A DNA stretch of 64,000 nt, taken from assembly GCA_963768855.1 (NCBI GenBank), contig CAVYJM010000007.1:32001-96000 (forward strand). The letters run 5' to 3'. This document shows positions 29,166 to 38,525 of the stretch, one piece after another; within the stretch, counting starts at the first letter, position 1, and the number at the start of each line of letters is the position of its first letter. A program made the translations under genes and the position numbers. Below the pieces are notes generated by a model, which searched no databases, was not told where the DNA came from, and worked only from the letters and a program-made list of their open reading frames with translations. This DNA is from an uncultured Thermoplasmata archaeon. Lineage in GTDB: Archaea > Thermoplasmatota > Thermoplasmata > RBG-16-68-12.

Positions 29166-29932
29166 CCGGCCCGGCTGCGTCCCTGCTGCGCGTCAACGAC
29201 GTGCGGAAGTCGTTCGGCGGTCTCCAGGCCGTCGACGGGTGCACGCTGGACGTCCGGCGGGGGACGATTACCGGGCTGATCGGCCCCAACGGGGCGGGGA
29301 AGAGCACACTGTTCAACCTCATCGTCGGGCTCTATGCGCCGGATTCCGGGGAGATTTGGCTCGGGGACGATCGGATTGACGGCCTGCCCCCTCACCTGGT
29401 CGTCCGACGCGGACTTGTGAAGACCTGGCAGGTCCCCCGGGAGTTCAAGAATCTCCCCGTGCTCGACAACGTCATCCTGGCGGCCGGGGACAATCCCGGA
29501 GAGCGACTCTCCCAGCTGGTCTTCAGGCCGCTCCACGCATGGGGGCGGGAGGCGGACCTCGAGGAGGCCGCCCGGAAAATCCTCGCCACGGTCGGGCTCC
29601 AGAAGCTTGCGGAGATGCCGGCCAAGAACCTTTCCGGCGGCCAGAAGAAGCTCCTCGAGCTCGCGCGCGCCCTGATGACGAATCCAGACCTCATCCTCCT
29701 CGACGAGCCGATGGCCGGGGTGAATCCGGTGCTCGCCGTGCAGCTCATGGACCTGATCGGCCGGCTCCGGGCCGAAGGCCACACCTTCTTCCTGGTCGAG
29801 CACGACATGGAGACGGTCATGTCCCGTTGCGACTGGATCATCGTCATGCACGAGGGGCGCAAGATCGCGGAAGGGGTCCCCAAGGCGGTCCAGGCGAACC
29901 CGCTCGTCCTCGAGTCCTACCTCGGTGGGTGA
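29162..29932 (+). CDS. livG: Branched-chain amino acid ABC ATPase, LivG-like
   Basis: GPNGAGKS, LSGGQKK, LLDEPMAG, VEHDM. Confidence 0.92.
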   Translation: MTGPAASLLRVNDVRKSFGGLQAVDGCTLDVRRGTITGLIGPNGAGKSTLFNLIVGLYAPDSGEIWLGDDRIDGLPPHLVVRRGLVKTWQVPREFKNLPVLDNVILAAGDNPGERLSQLVFRPLHAWGREADLEEAARKILATVGLQKLAEMPAKNLSGGQKKLLELARALMTNPDLILLDEPMAGVNPVLAVQLMDLIGRLRAEGHTFFLVEHDMETVMSRCDWIIVMHEGRKIAEGVPKAVQANPLVLESYLGG

Positions 29933-29934
29933 GC

Positions 29935-30711
29935 ATGGCGCTCCTGGAGGCGAACGGAATCACGTCGGGCTACGGGGAGATGGAGATCCTCCATGGGGTC
30001 AGCATGCGGCTGAACGAGGGGGAGATCGTCGCGGTCCTCGGCCCGAACGGTGCGGGGAAGAGCACGCTCATCAAGACGGTCTTCGGGCTCCTGAAGCCCA
30101 CCTCGGGCAAGGTGGTCTTCGCAGGTCAGGACGTGACCGGCTTTGCGCCGGAGAGAATCGTCGTCCTAGGCCTCTCATACGTACCTCAAGTGAACAATGT
30201 GTTCCCGTCCCTCACGGTCCGCGAGAACCTCGAGATGGGCGGGATCGTCCTGAGGCGCTCGGCCTTGGCCCGGATCCTTCCGGGTCTGGGCGGATCCCGA
30301 TCCCCCGCGTCGGATCTGGAGGGAGGCCGCGACCTGGACGAACGGATCGCTGAGATCCTCGAGCTCTTCCCCGGACTCCAGGACCGCATGAAGGACCGGG
30401 TCGGCACCCTCAGCGGTGGCCAGCAGCACATGGTCGCGTTCGCGAAGAGCCTGGTCCTGAAGCCGCAGGTCCTCCTGATCGACGAGCCCTCCGCGGGGCT
30501 CGCCCCGAATCTCGTGACGATGATCTTCGACAAGATCCGGGAGATCCGTGAGCACGGTACGAGCATCGTCCTCGTCGAGCAGCGTGCGCGTCGTGCCCTG
30601 CAACTCGCGGATCGAGGATATATCCTCGACATGGGGAAAAACAAATATGAAGACCGAGGAGAGGCGTTGCTCCGGAACCCGGATATCGGACGCCTCTACC
30701 TCGGTGGTTGA
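29935..30711 (+). CDS. livF: Branched-chain amino acid ABC ATPase, LivF-like
   Basis: GPNGAGKS, LSGGQQ, IDEPSAGLAP, LVEQ, YLGG. Confidence 0.92.
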   Translation: MALLEANGITSGYGEMEILHGVSMRLNEGEIVAVLGPNGAGKSTLIKTVFGLLKPTSGKVVFAGQDVTGFAPERIVVLGLSYVPQVNNVFPSLTVRENLEMGGIVLRRSALARILPGLGGSRSPASDLEGGRDLDERIAEILELFPGLQDRMKDRVGTLSGGQQHMVAFAKSLVLKPQVLLIDEPSAGLAPNLVTMIFDKIREIREHGTSIVLVEQRARRALQLADRGYILDMGKNKYEDRGEALLRNPDIGRLYLGG

Positions 30712-30727
30712 CCCTCCTGCCGCCCTC

Positions 30728-32077
30728 TCACGAGGTCCACGCGATGACCTGGGCCTCCGCGAAGAACTTGACCTGGACAATCTTGTTGCTCGTGTTCATG
30801 CCCCAGATCTCGTAGGAGCTCGTCGGATCCCCGAACTGGTTCCAGTTCAACGAGCCCGATGCGCCCTCGTAGTTGATCGCGCCCGACACGGCCTTGGCCG
30901 CCGTGAAGTTGCCCGGTCCCGGGTAGACCTTCGTTCCCGTGCCCGCGGACGTCCCCGAGATGGGAATCATCTGGGCCTTGATGGAAGGTCCGTCGACGGC
31001 TTTCGCCTTCATCGCGGCGAGGGCAATCATGTAGGCCGCATCGTACCCCTCGCTTGCGAACAGGCCCGGCTTGTGGCCGTACGTCGCGTTGAACTTGTTC
31101 GCGAAGTCATCGTAGAGGGCGCCCGTCGGAGATGTGGGGGCGCTCCCCTGGATCGCGCTGACGGGGACCGAGTTCGTCACGAGGCTGTCGATGAAGGACT
31201 GCGCCTGCAAGCCCTCCGAGAACAGCCAGTTCGTCGGCCACGAGGCGTGGTTCGCATACCAGTCCTTCATGAGCTGGAGGCCCGTGTCCGGATAGGCGAT
31301 GAAGTAGATCCCGTCGGGGTTGCCGCTCGAGAACGCGGTCTGCAGGTACGTCGAGTAGCTCGCCAGGGCCTGCGGCACGATCACCTTCTCCAGGACATGG
31401 CCGCCGAGGGTCGTGAACGAGTTCTGGAAGACGGAGGCGAGGCCGTTGCCGTATGGGTTGTCGATCGCGATGATCGACACGTTCTTCCAGGTCCGGTTGT
31501 CCCAGGCATAGTGCGCCGCCACGACGCCCTGGAGGGCGTCCGAGGGGACGGTCCGGAAGTACCAGCCGCCCGTCAGGGTGAGGTTCGAGAACAGCGGCGA
31601 CGTCGACGCGGGAGAGACCTCCACGACCTGGTTCTGGGCGCAGACACTGATCACGGATGCGGAGACCCCCGAGGCCAGCGAGCCGATAATCGCGGTCACG
31701 TGATTCTGCTGGATGAGCGTGGTGGCCACGGCCGCCCCGGTTGCAGGCGTGGTGGCGTCGTCCCCGCTGAAGAGCTGGACATCCGTTCCATTCACGCCGC
31801 CCTGGGCGTTAATCTCGCCGACCGCCATCTGGATCGCCTTGAGGATGTCGGGTCCATAGGCTGCTAGACCGCCGGTCTGCGATAAGACGGCTCCAATCCG
31901 TAGTGGCGTGGGTGCCGATGTCGCGGGTGGATTGAACACCCCAGCGAGCACGGCAGCCGCGAGCACCACGACGACGATCACGATCACTGCGACGATGGCC
32001 CACATTGTTCGACGACTCTTGGGGGCAGCCGTCGGCGAGGCCGGCGCACTACCCGAGGAAGGCTGTTGCTCCTCCAT
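30728..32077 (-). CDS. ABC substrate-binding protein, LivK-like, N-terminally anchored
   Basis: TM anchor, LRIGAVLSQTGGLAAYG, SPASTSP, FRTVPSDALQG, YDAAY; convergent with livHMGF. Confidence 0.9.
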   Translation of the reverse strand: MEEQQPSSGSAPASPTAAPKSRRTMWAIVAVIVIVVVVLAAAVLAGVFNPPATSAPTPLRIGAVLSQTGGLAAYGPDILKAIQMAVGEINAQGGVNGTDVQLFSGDDATTPATGAAVATTLIQQNHVTAIIGSLASGVSASVISVCAQNQVVEVSPASTSPLFSNLTLTGGWYFRTVPSDALQGVVAAHYAWDNRTWKNVSIIAIDNPYGNGLASVFQNSFTTLGGHVLEKVIVPQALASYSTYLQTAFSSGNPDGIYFIAYPDTGLQLMKDWYANHASWPTNWLFSEGLQAQSFIDSLVTNSVPVSAIQGSAPTSPTGALYDDFANKFNATYGHKPGLFASEGYDAAYMIALAAMKAKAVDGPSIKAQMIPISGTSAGTGTKVYPGPGNFTAAKAVSGAINYEGASGSLNWNQFGDPTSSYEIWGMNTSNKIVQVKFFAEAQVIAWTS

Positions 32078-32250
32078 CCGATTTCCCCGCGCCCCGAAGT
32101 AGGATAGGCGTGATATACCTTTGCACGGTTCCGGACATTCGTCGAACTCGACGGGCCGGTGGCGGAATTCGGGAAACCTAGAACGCGGGCTACGGTCATC
32201 CGTCAGCCTTTAAGTATCCTCGAGGACCTTCCGCGCCATCGGGGTGTATC

Positions 32251-32706
32251 GTGTTCTCGTTGCCGGCCGGCATCTTCCCGTTCCAGTTGGGACCGTTCGA
32301 TGCGTTCCTCGGCGCGCTCTGCATCGCCGCGATCGCATCGCTGGTCATCTTCGTCCTTATCGCGGTCTGGGTCTACCGTGACGCGCAGACCCGCGGGATG
32401 GATGGGAACATCTGGGCCATCGCCTTCGCCCTCGCGGGCTTCTTCATCCCGTTCGTGGGCGGGATCGTGGTCCTGATTCTCTACCTCGTCCTGCGGGCCG
32501 AGCATCCCGTGATGTATCCGGGCGGCGTCCCCATGGCGCCGTACCCGAGCGCCCCGCAGTACCCGGGTGCGATGCCACCGCCCGGCGCATCCCCCGCCGC
32601 ACCACCGATGCAACCGGCCGCTGCGGCGCCGACCTCCTGCCGGAGCTGCGGCGCGCCGCTGCGACCCGGCGCCGCGTTCTGCGCGCAGTGCGGTTCGAAG
32701 GTGTGA
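32251..32706 (+). CDS. Membrane protein with Pro-rich linker and C-terminal double zinc ribbon (paralog 1)
   Basis: WVYRDAQTRGM, TM helices, CRSC..CAQC. Confidence 0.8.
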   Translation: MFSLPAGIFPFQLGPFDAFLGALCIAAIASLVIFVLIAVWVYRDAQTRGMDGNIWAIAFALAGFFIPFVGGIVVLILYLVLRAEHPVMYPGGVPMAPYPSAPQYPGAMPPPGASPAAPPMQPAAAAPTSCRSCGAPLRPGAAFCAQCGSKV

Positions 32707-32716
32707 GGGGTCGACC

Positions 32717-33148
32717 ATGCTCCCTGGCTTGATGCCGTTCCAGGTGATCTTCGGCATGGAACTGCTCGTCTTCCTGCTCCTGGTCCTCCTCGTCCCGCTC
32801 ATCCTCTTCATCTTCGTCGCGGTCTGGATGTACCGGGACGCGAATTCGCGCGGAATGGGGGGCGGGCTCTGGGTCGTCATCCTGGTCCTCGCCAGCCTCC
32901 TCGGTTCCTTCATCGGCGGGCTCATCGTGCTCATTATCTACCTCGTCGTCCGCGAAGAGCATCCCGTCGGCGGACGGATGTACGGCTACGGGTACGGATA
33001 CCCCCCGCCCGGATACGGCTACCCATCTTACCCGCCGCCTGCCTACCCCGCCGCGCCGCCTCCTGCTGCGCCGGGCCGATGCCCACGGTGCGGCGCCCCC
33101 ACGAATCCCGGGGCCCGCTTCTGTGCCAGCTGCGGCTCCCCGCTCTGA
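32717..33148 (+). CDS. Membrane protein with Pro/Tyr-rich linker and C-terminal double zinc ribbon (paralog 2)
   Basis: WMYRDANSRGM, TM helices, CPRC..CASC. Start ATG 32717. Confidence 0.8.
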   Translation: MLPGLMPFQVIFGMELLVFLLLVLLVPLILFIFVAVWMYRDANSRGMGGGLWVVILVLASLLGSFIGGLIVLIIYLVVREEHPVGGRMYGYGYGYPPPGYGYPSYPPPAYPAAPPPAAPGRCPRCGAPTNPGARFCASCGSPL

Positions 33149-33199
33149 AGCGCGATGGCTTTAAGGCGGACTGAACCCTCTCCCGCCCCCGGTGCCCGG

Positions 33200-34495
33200 A
33201 TGAAGAGCTCGGACGTCTCCGGATTCTACAAGAAGAGCCCCCAGGAGCGCTGGCAGGTCGTGCGGGAGTTCGGCGATCTCTCCGAGGCCGAGATCGCGAC
33301 GATCCGGAACACGGGCGCCCTCGCCTTCGACCAGGTCGACCACATGATCGAGAACGTGGTCGGGGCGCTGCCCATGCCCCTGGGTATCGCGGTCAACTTC
33401 CTCGTCAACGGCAAGGACTACCTTGTTCCCATGGCGATCGAGGAGCCGAGCGTGGTCGCCGCCGCCTCGAACGCGGCGAAGATGGCGCGGGCGAAGGGCG
33501 GCTTCTCGACGAGCTCGAGCGGGCCCGTCATGATCGGACAGATCCAGCTCGTGAACGTGCCGGACCCGTTCGGCGCGAAGATGACGATCCTGTCCCACCG
33601 GGACGAGATCCTCGCCCTCGCGAACGAGAAGGACCCCGTCCTCGTGAAATTCGGGGGTGGCGCGAAGGACGTCGAGGTCCGCGTCGTCGACACAGCCCGC
33701 GGCCCCATGGTCGTGACCCATCTCCTGGTCGACTGCCGCGATGCGATGGGGGCCAACGCGGTCAACACGATGGCGGAGGCCGTGGCGCCCCACATCGAGA
33801 AATGGACGGGCGGGCGGGTCTACCTTCGGATCATCTCGAACTTGGCGGTGAAACGCCTCGCCCGGGCGAGAGCCGTCTTCGCCAAAGACGCGATCAAGAC
33901 GGACGAAATCTCGGGAGAGGACGTCGTGGACGGAATCGTCCAGGCGTTCGCCTTTGCGGACGCGGACCCGTTCCGCTGCGCCACGCACAACAAGGGGATC
34001 ATGAACGGCGTGGACGCCGTGGTCGTGGCGACGGGGAACGACTGGCGGGCCATCGAGGCGGGCGCGCATTCGTATGCCGCATGGAAGTCGGGGAGTTACC
34101 GCTCGCTGACGACCTGGGAGAAGAACGCGGACGGAGACCTCGTGGGCACGATCGAGATGCCGATGCCGGTCGGGCTGATTGGTGGAGCCACGGCCGTTCA
34201 TCCGACGGCCAAGGCCAACGTCAAGCTCCTCGGGGTCAAGAGCGCCGCCGAGCTCGCGGAAGTCATCGCTTCGGTCGGCCTGGCGCAGAACTTCGCCGCC
34301 CTCCGGGCCCTCGCCACCGAGGGGATCCAGCGGGGCCACATGTCCCTCCACGCCCGGAACATCGCCGCTACGGTCGGGGCCGCCGGCGATGAGGTGGAGG
34401 AGGTGGCCGCCGTCCTGGTCCGGGAGCGCAAGGTCCGGATGGATCGCGCCAAGGAAGTGCTCGATGAGCTCCGAAAACACAAACCGGCCCACTAA
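33200..34495 (+). CDS. HMG-CoA reductase, class II
   Basis: MIENVVG, PMAIEEPSVVAAAS, DAMGANAVNT, THNKGIMNG, GNDWRAIEAGAH, EGIQRGHM. Confidence 0.96.
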   Translation: MKSSDVSGFYKKSPQERWQVVREFGDLSEAEIATIRNTGALAFDQVDHMIENVVGALPMPLGIAVNFLVNGKDYLVPMAIEEPSVVAAASNAAKMARAKGGFSTSSSGPVMIGQIQLVNVPDPFGAKMTILSHRDEILALANEKDPVLVKFGGGAKDVEVRVVDTARGPMVVTHLLVDCRDAMGANAVNTMAEAVAPHIEKWTGGRVYLRIISNLAVKRLARARAVFAKDAIKTDEISGEDVVDGIVQAFAFADADPFRCATHNKGIMNGVDAVVVATGNDWRAIEAGAHSYAAWKSGSYRSLTTWEKNADGDLVGTIEMPMPVGLIGGATAVHPTAKANVKLLGVKSAAELAEVIASVGLAQNFAALRALATEGIQRGHMSLHARNIAATVGAAGDEVEEVAAVLVRERKVRMDRAKEVLDELRKHKPAH

Positions 34496-34816
34496 TATCT
34501 CCTCTTGGTTATAATTCCAATCGGAGGCAAATAGCCGGTGGCTATAATAGTATAGCCTGGCGCGTGGCGACAGTGACTATTCATCGTGGGGTCAGATTCG
34601 TCAAAACTCATGCTATTCTGTATCATGGGGAGCTTGAGACCGTCAGTGGATCCCACGCGGGCTTCATCTAAAATATGTTCGGATGAATAAAAATAGAGTG
34701 CGAGACGACCGCTGGACGGAACGGCTCGTCTGACAGTGGACGACGTCAATTCATGCTGACCGTCAGCCTTTTTTACTCAAAGCCCGATGCGCACGCGCAC
34801 GGGATGGGTGCACTGA

Positions 34817-35638
34817 GTGGTACGAGTCGCTATCTACACTAGGGTATCCACTGAGGATCAAGCCAACGAAGGCTTCTCCCTAGCTGCTCAGGAGGACCGG
34901 CTCCGTGCATACTGCCAGGCCCGCGGCTGGGACATCGCCGGCACGTACCGGGATGATGGTCATTCTGGCCGGAATGTTCGCAGGCCCGCTTATCAAAAGA
35001 TGATGGAGGAGCGCGAACACTGGGACACGGTCCTGGTCCTCAAGATGGACCGGATTCACCGCAATTCGCGTCATTTCATGGAGATGATGGAAGACCTGGG
35101 AACCTGCGGCAAGGACTTTGTCTCCGCCACGGAGTCCCTCGACACCACGACCGCGATGGGGCGATTCGTGATGGACATCATCCAGCGCATCGCGCAGCTC
35201 GAGTCGGAACAAATCGGCGAGCGCGTCTACATGGGCATGTCCCAGAAGGCGAAAGCCGGACCCGGCGTCCTCGGATTTCCGGCCCCTCTCGGATACGAAG
35301 TCCGCGAGGGAGCCCTCCACATCAACCAACGAGAGGCGCCGATCGTGCGGAGCATCTTCGAGCGAGCTCACGCGGGAAAGACCATGGACGAAATCGCGAA
35401 GGAGCTCAACGCCCGCGGCACTCACACCAAACGAGGACGCGATTGGACCGCCGTCAAGGTGTACCGGATCCTGCACAACCCAGTCTATGCGGGACATCTG
35501 CGGTGGGACCGGATCGAACGACGGGCCGAGCACGAACCGATCGTCTCCGTCGAGACGTTCAATGCCGTCCAGCGGGCCATCCGAGCCCGAGCCCCATTCG
35601 CCACGGCACATGAGCCCCCTCTCGCCTTGGAGGCCTGA
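34817..35638 (+). CDS. Serine recombinase: catalytic domain plus recombinase DNA-binding domain, without the C-terminal zinc domain
   Basis: AIYTRVST, DDGHSG..RP, KMDRIHRN, LESEQIGER, PLGY, ELN..G..TKRG.W, ILHNPVYAG. Confidence 0.93.
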   Translation: MVRVAIYTRVSTEDQANEGFSLAAQEDRLRAYCQARGWDIAGTYRDDGHSGRNVRRPAYQKMMEEREHWDTVLVLKMDRIHRNSRHFMEMMEDLGTCGKDFVSATESLDTTTAMGRFVMDIIQRIAQLESEQIGERVYMGMSQKAKAGPGVLGFPAPLGYEVREGALHINQREAPIVRSIFERAHAGKTMDEIAKELNARGTHTKRGRDWTAVKVYRILHNPVYAGHLRWDRIERRAEHEPIVSVETFNAVQRAIRARAPFATAHEPPLALEA

Positions 35639-35641
35639 GCC

Positions 35642-36373
35642 ATGCCCGACGGCCGTTGCCAGCGGTGCTGGGCGACGAAGAATCTGGTGAACCACGAGGT
35701 CGATGCGAACCCCCGCGGCGACCCCACGATCCGGCGGGAGAAGGTGGTCCTGTGCAAGCACTGTGCGGACTCCGCCCCGATGGATGCCCTTCTCTTCTGG
35801 GAAGTCTACATGCGCTTCGGGTCGACGCGGGAGATGCTCCAGCACTATGGCGTCCAAGAGGAGGAAGAGGCCCTTCGCAGGCTGTGCGTCGAGCGGAACC
35901 TCAACGAGCGCGAGGTCGTGCGGCGCGCCCGCGGACAACAGAGCGCTGAGGCGTTGAACGCCGCGACCAAGAAGACGAACTCCTTCCTTGCCTACGCGAG
36001 CCCCTACGGCTATGACTACGTGAACGGTGCGTTGCAGATTCGCCCCGAGGAGGCCCGGGTCGTTTCGATCATCTTCCGCCGGTATCTCGAGGGGAAAGGG
36101 ATCGCGAAGATCTGCCAGGAGCTGAACCGCGAGGGCTTCCGGACCAAGACGGGCCGCGCCTGGGCGAGCCAGACGATCGCCAACATCCTGAGCAACCCCG
36201 TCTACTGCGGCCTTTCCCGCCTGAACGGCGGGATCAAGAGAGGCAAGCACGAGGCTCTCATCGAGATGGCGACGTTCAACCGAGTCCAGTTCGAGATGCA
36301 GCGCCGCATCCGCCGGCCGGACCAGCGGAAGACGGAGGCGCCGCAGCTGAAGCTCGAGGATTACGTCGAGTAG
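35642..36373 (+). CDS. Recombinase DNA-binding-domain protein with N-terminal CxxC-H-CxxC (HNH-like Zn) domain and no catalytic domain
   Basis: CQRC..H..CKHC; SPYGY..GALQIRPEEARVVSIIF..ELNREG..TKTG.W..ILSNPVYCG..HEALI parallels the upstream gene. Confidence 0.8.
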   Translation: MPDGRCQRCWATKNLVNHEVDANPRGDPTIRREKVVLCKHCADSAPMDALLFWEVYMRFGSTREMLQHYGVQEEEEALRRLCVERNLNEREVVRRARGQQSAEALNAATKKTNSFLAYASPYGYDYVNGALQIRPEEARVVSIIFRRYLEGKGIAKICQELNREGFRTKTGRAWASQTIANILSNPVYCGLSRLNGGIKRGKHEALIEMATFNRVQFEMQRRIRRPDQRKTEAPQLKLEDYVE

Positions 36374-36800
36374 GTCCGGCCCCGGCACGAACGTCGAGCA
36401 TGGGCAACCGTGCTATGTCTTGAAATGTCACGGAGCGCACCTCGGCCCGGGCGCCGATCTCATGGTGTCCCTGCCCGACTCCTTTCCGGCGCGTATGGTC
36501 TGATGCCAACCCAGCGGTGTTCACCAGAGTTATAGTCAAACAACCATAACTCGGACCTCGATCGGCTTCAGGCCGGGCAGTCTTCGGCGACGAGGCGACG
36601 CCGGACGCGTCGGTCACTCGGATCTCGTGAACCGAGTCCGCATTTCGGGTCCTTCTCCCGGAGTCCATGAAGGCTGCCTGGAGGAGAACTCACGTTTGCG
36701 TCGTAAATCCAGGGAGGAACGACCCACTTCAGGCCTTCCGTGCCGTTTACATTCGGTAATCCGTACGTAAATGGGGAGGGGGCTGTTGCCGTCTTGACAA

Positions 36801-36835
36801 CCCATAGTTCCATATGTCCACATAGAACTATAGGG
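36801..36835. promoter_or_regulatory. Nested palindrome upstream of the RHH-like gene, candidate operator
   Basis: CCC-ATAGTTC-CA-TATGT-CC-ACATA-GAACTAT-A-GGG. Confidence 0.5.
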
Positions 36836-36848
36836 ATGGCAGAAGTCC

Positions 36849-37001
36849 ATGGCAAAGAATGTCAAGGAAGTCACCACGATCCAGCTCACGCCCAGCACAC
36901 GCGACCGGCTGTACCGCCTGAAGTTCCGGGCGACCTACGACGAGTTTCTCAACGAGCTCTGTGACTTGTACGAGTCCGCCAATCACAGTGAACGGAAATA
37001 G
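36849..37001 (+). CDS. 50-aa ribbon-helix-helix-like DNA-binding protein (not in ORF track)
   Basis: MAKNVKEVTTIQLTPSTRDRLYRLKFRATYDEFLNELCDLYESANHSERK matches the archaeal TTIxL..TRDRL..LK..TYDE small-regulator pattern. Confidence 0.75.
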   Translation: MAKNVKEVTTIQLTPSTRDRLYRLKFRATYDEFLNELCDLYESANHSERK

Positions 37002-37148
37002 ACATCGTCTAGTCGGTTTAGCATCCACATATAACTTCATATGGTAATCCGGTTACAGCTATACTTTTCCAATCAGCGACCGAAACCACGGTTTTCTGAC
37101 ACCCGGCTGCAAGGGTTATGTGCAGGGAGGCCAATGCGTCGGCGTTCC

Positions 37149-38525
37149 ATGCTGTCCTGGGTGGAGAAGTACCGACCCGCAAGCCTCGACGAAGTCGTCG
37201 GCAATCCGGCGGCGGTCGCGGATCTCCGGAAGTGGGCCGACGCGTGGGCGAAGGGCCGGCCGGATAAGAAGGCCGTGATCCTCCAAGGCGATCCGGGGAT
37301 CGGGAAGACCACCGCTGCCCTCGCCCTGGCCCGTGAGATGGGCTGGACCCTCATCGAGATGAACGCTTCGGACAGCCGCAACGCGGATGCGATCGAGAAG
37401 ACCGCGACCCGCGGGTCCGTCCTCCAGACCTTCTCCCCGACGGGGGAGTTCCTCCGCACGGAGCAGGGCGGGCGCAAGCTCATCGTCCTGGACGAGGCGG
37501 ACAACGTGTTCGGCCGGGAGGACAAGGGCGGGATCGCCGCGATCGTCAGCCTGATCCAGAACACCCGCCAGCCCGTGATCCTGATTGCGAACGACTACTA
37601 CGAGCTCACGCGGCGGTCGTCGTCGTTGAAGCGTTTATGTCGGACCATTAAATTCCAACCCATTAACAGGGCCGCCATGAAAAGTCTACTTCGCAGCATC
37701 TCCCTCAAGGAGGGGGTGCAGGTGGACGAGGACGTCCTCGAGTTCATCGTCGAGCGGTCCCAAGGCGACCTCCGCTCCGCGATCAACGATCTCGAGTCAA
37801 TCGCCCTGGGCAAGAAGGAGCTCCGCAGCGACTCGACCTCATCCCTCGGGAACCGGGACCGGGAGCGGACGATCTTCGTGGCCCTCGAGGAGATCTTCCG
37901 GTCGGGGGACGCTCGTCGTGTGCGCGAATCCGTGCTCGCCCTCGACGAATCACCCGAAGACCTCATCCTCTGGGTCGACCACAACCTCCCATACGAGTAC
38001 ACGACCGCCGCGGACCGGGCCCGCGGCTTCGAACGCCTGAGCCGAGCGGACACCTACCTGGGGCGGGTCCGGCGACGACAGGACTACGGGCTCTGGTCGT
38101 TCGCGAGCGAGATGATGTCCATCGGGGTCGCCACGGCCCGCCGAGACCGCCCGCGGGGAGGGCAGCTGGGCTTCCCGCAGTACCTCCTCCAGATGTCGCG
38201 CTCCCGAGGCCGCCGGATGGCGCGGAACTCGCTCGCGAAGAAGATCGGAGGGCACCTGCACACTTCGTCCGCGGTCGCCCGGAACGATCTCCTGCCCGCG
38301 TTCAAGGCCCTGTTCAACGGAGACGAGGAGCTCCGGGTCCAGATGACCGCCGTCCTCGGCCTCGAGGACAAGGAGATCGCTTACCTGCTCGACGAGAGCG
38401 AGGACAGCCACGCGGTCAAGCACCTGCTCGAGCGTGCGGGTCAGATCGAGGGCGGACGCCGCGGACCCGGGACGCCGGCGTCAGGACTCGCGAGTTTTGA
38501 TGAGGAGGCCTCCGATGAAGGTTGA
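37149..38525 (+). CDS. rfcL: Replication factor C large subunit
   Basis: WVEKYRP, GDPGIGKT, EMNASDSR, LDEADN, LIANDYY, GDLRSAINDL. Start is 37134 or 37149. Confidence 0.95.
   Translation: MLSWVEKYRPASLDEVVGNPAAVADLRKWADAWAKGRPDKKAVILQGDPGIGKTTAALALAREMGWTLIEMNASDSRNADAIEKTATRGSVLQTFSPTGEFLRTEQGGRKLIVLDEADNVFGREDKGGIAAIVSLIQNTRQPVILIANDYYELTRRSSSLKRLCRTIKFQPINRAAMKSLLRSISLKEGVQVDEDVLEFIVERSQGDLRSAINDLESIALGKKELRSDSTSSLGNRDRERTIFVALEEIFRSGDARRVRESVLALDESPEDLILWVDHNLPYEYTTAADRARGFERLSRADTYLGRVRRRQDYGLWSFASEMMSIGVATARRDRPRGGQLGFPQYLLQMSRSRGRRMARNSLAKKIGGHLHTSSAVARNDLLPAFKALFNGDEELRVQMTAVLGLEDKEIAYLLDESEDSHAVKHLLERAGQIEGGRRGPGTPASGLASFDEEASDEG

Larger units (their letters stand above)
34496..37100. 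mobile_element. Possible integrated or domesticated recombinase module (two recombinase genes plus RHH gene) with AT-richer flanks
   Basis: Gene content and compositional shift on both sides; no att duplication identified. Confidence 0.35.

Noticed and set aside
30250-30335. Short insertion in LivF (RRSALARILPGLGGSRSPASDLEGG)
   Set aside because: Lies in the variable helical subdomain and all catalytic motifs are intact.
34492-34749. 85-aa minus-strand ORF in the AT-richer spacer
   Set aside because: No motif, atypical codons, overlaps palindromic spacer DNA.
36380-37130. Replication origin next to rfcL
   Set aside because: AT-richer, but no convincing repeated ORB boxes and no orc1/cdc6 gene in the window.
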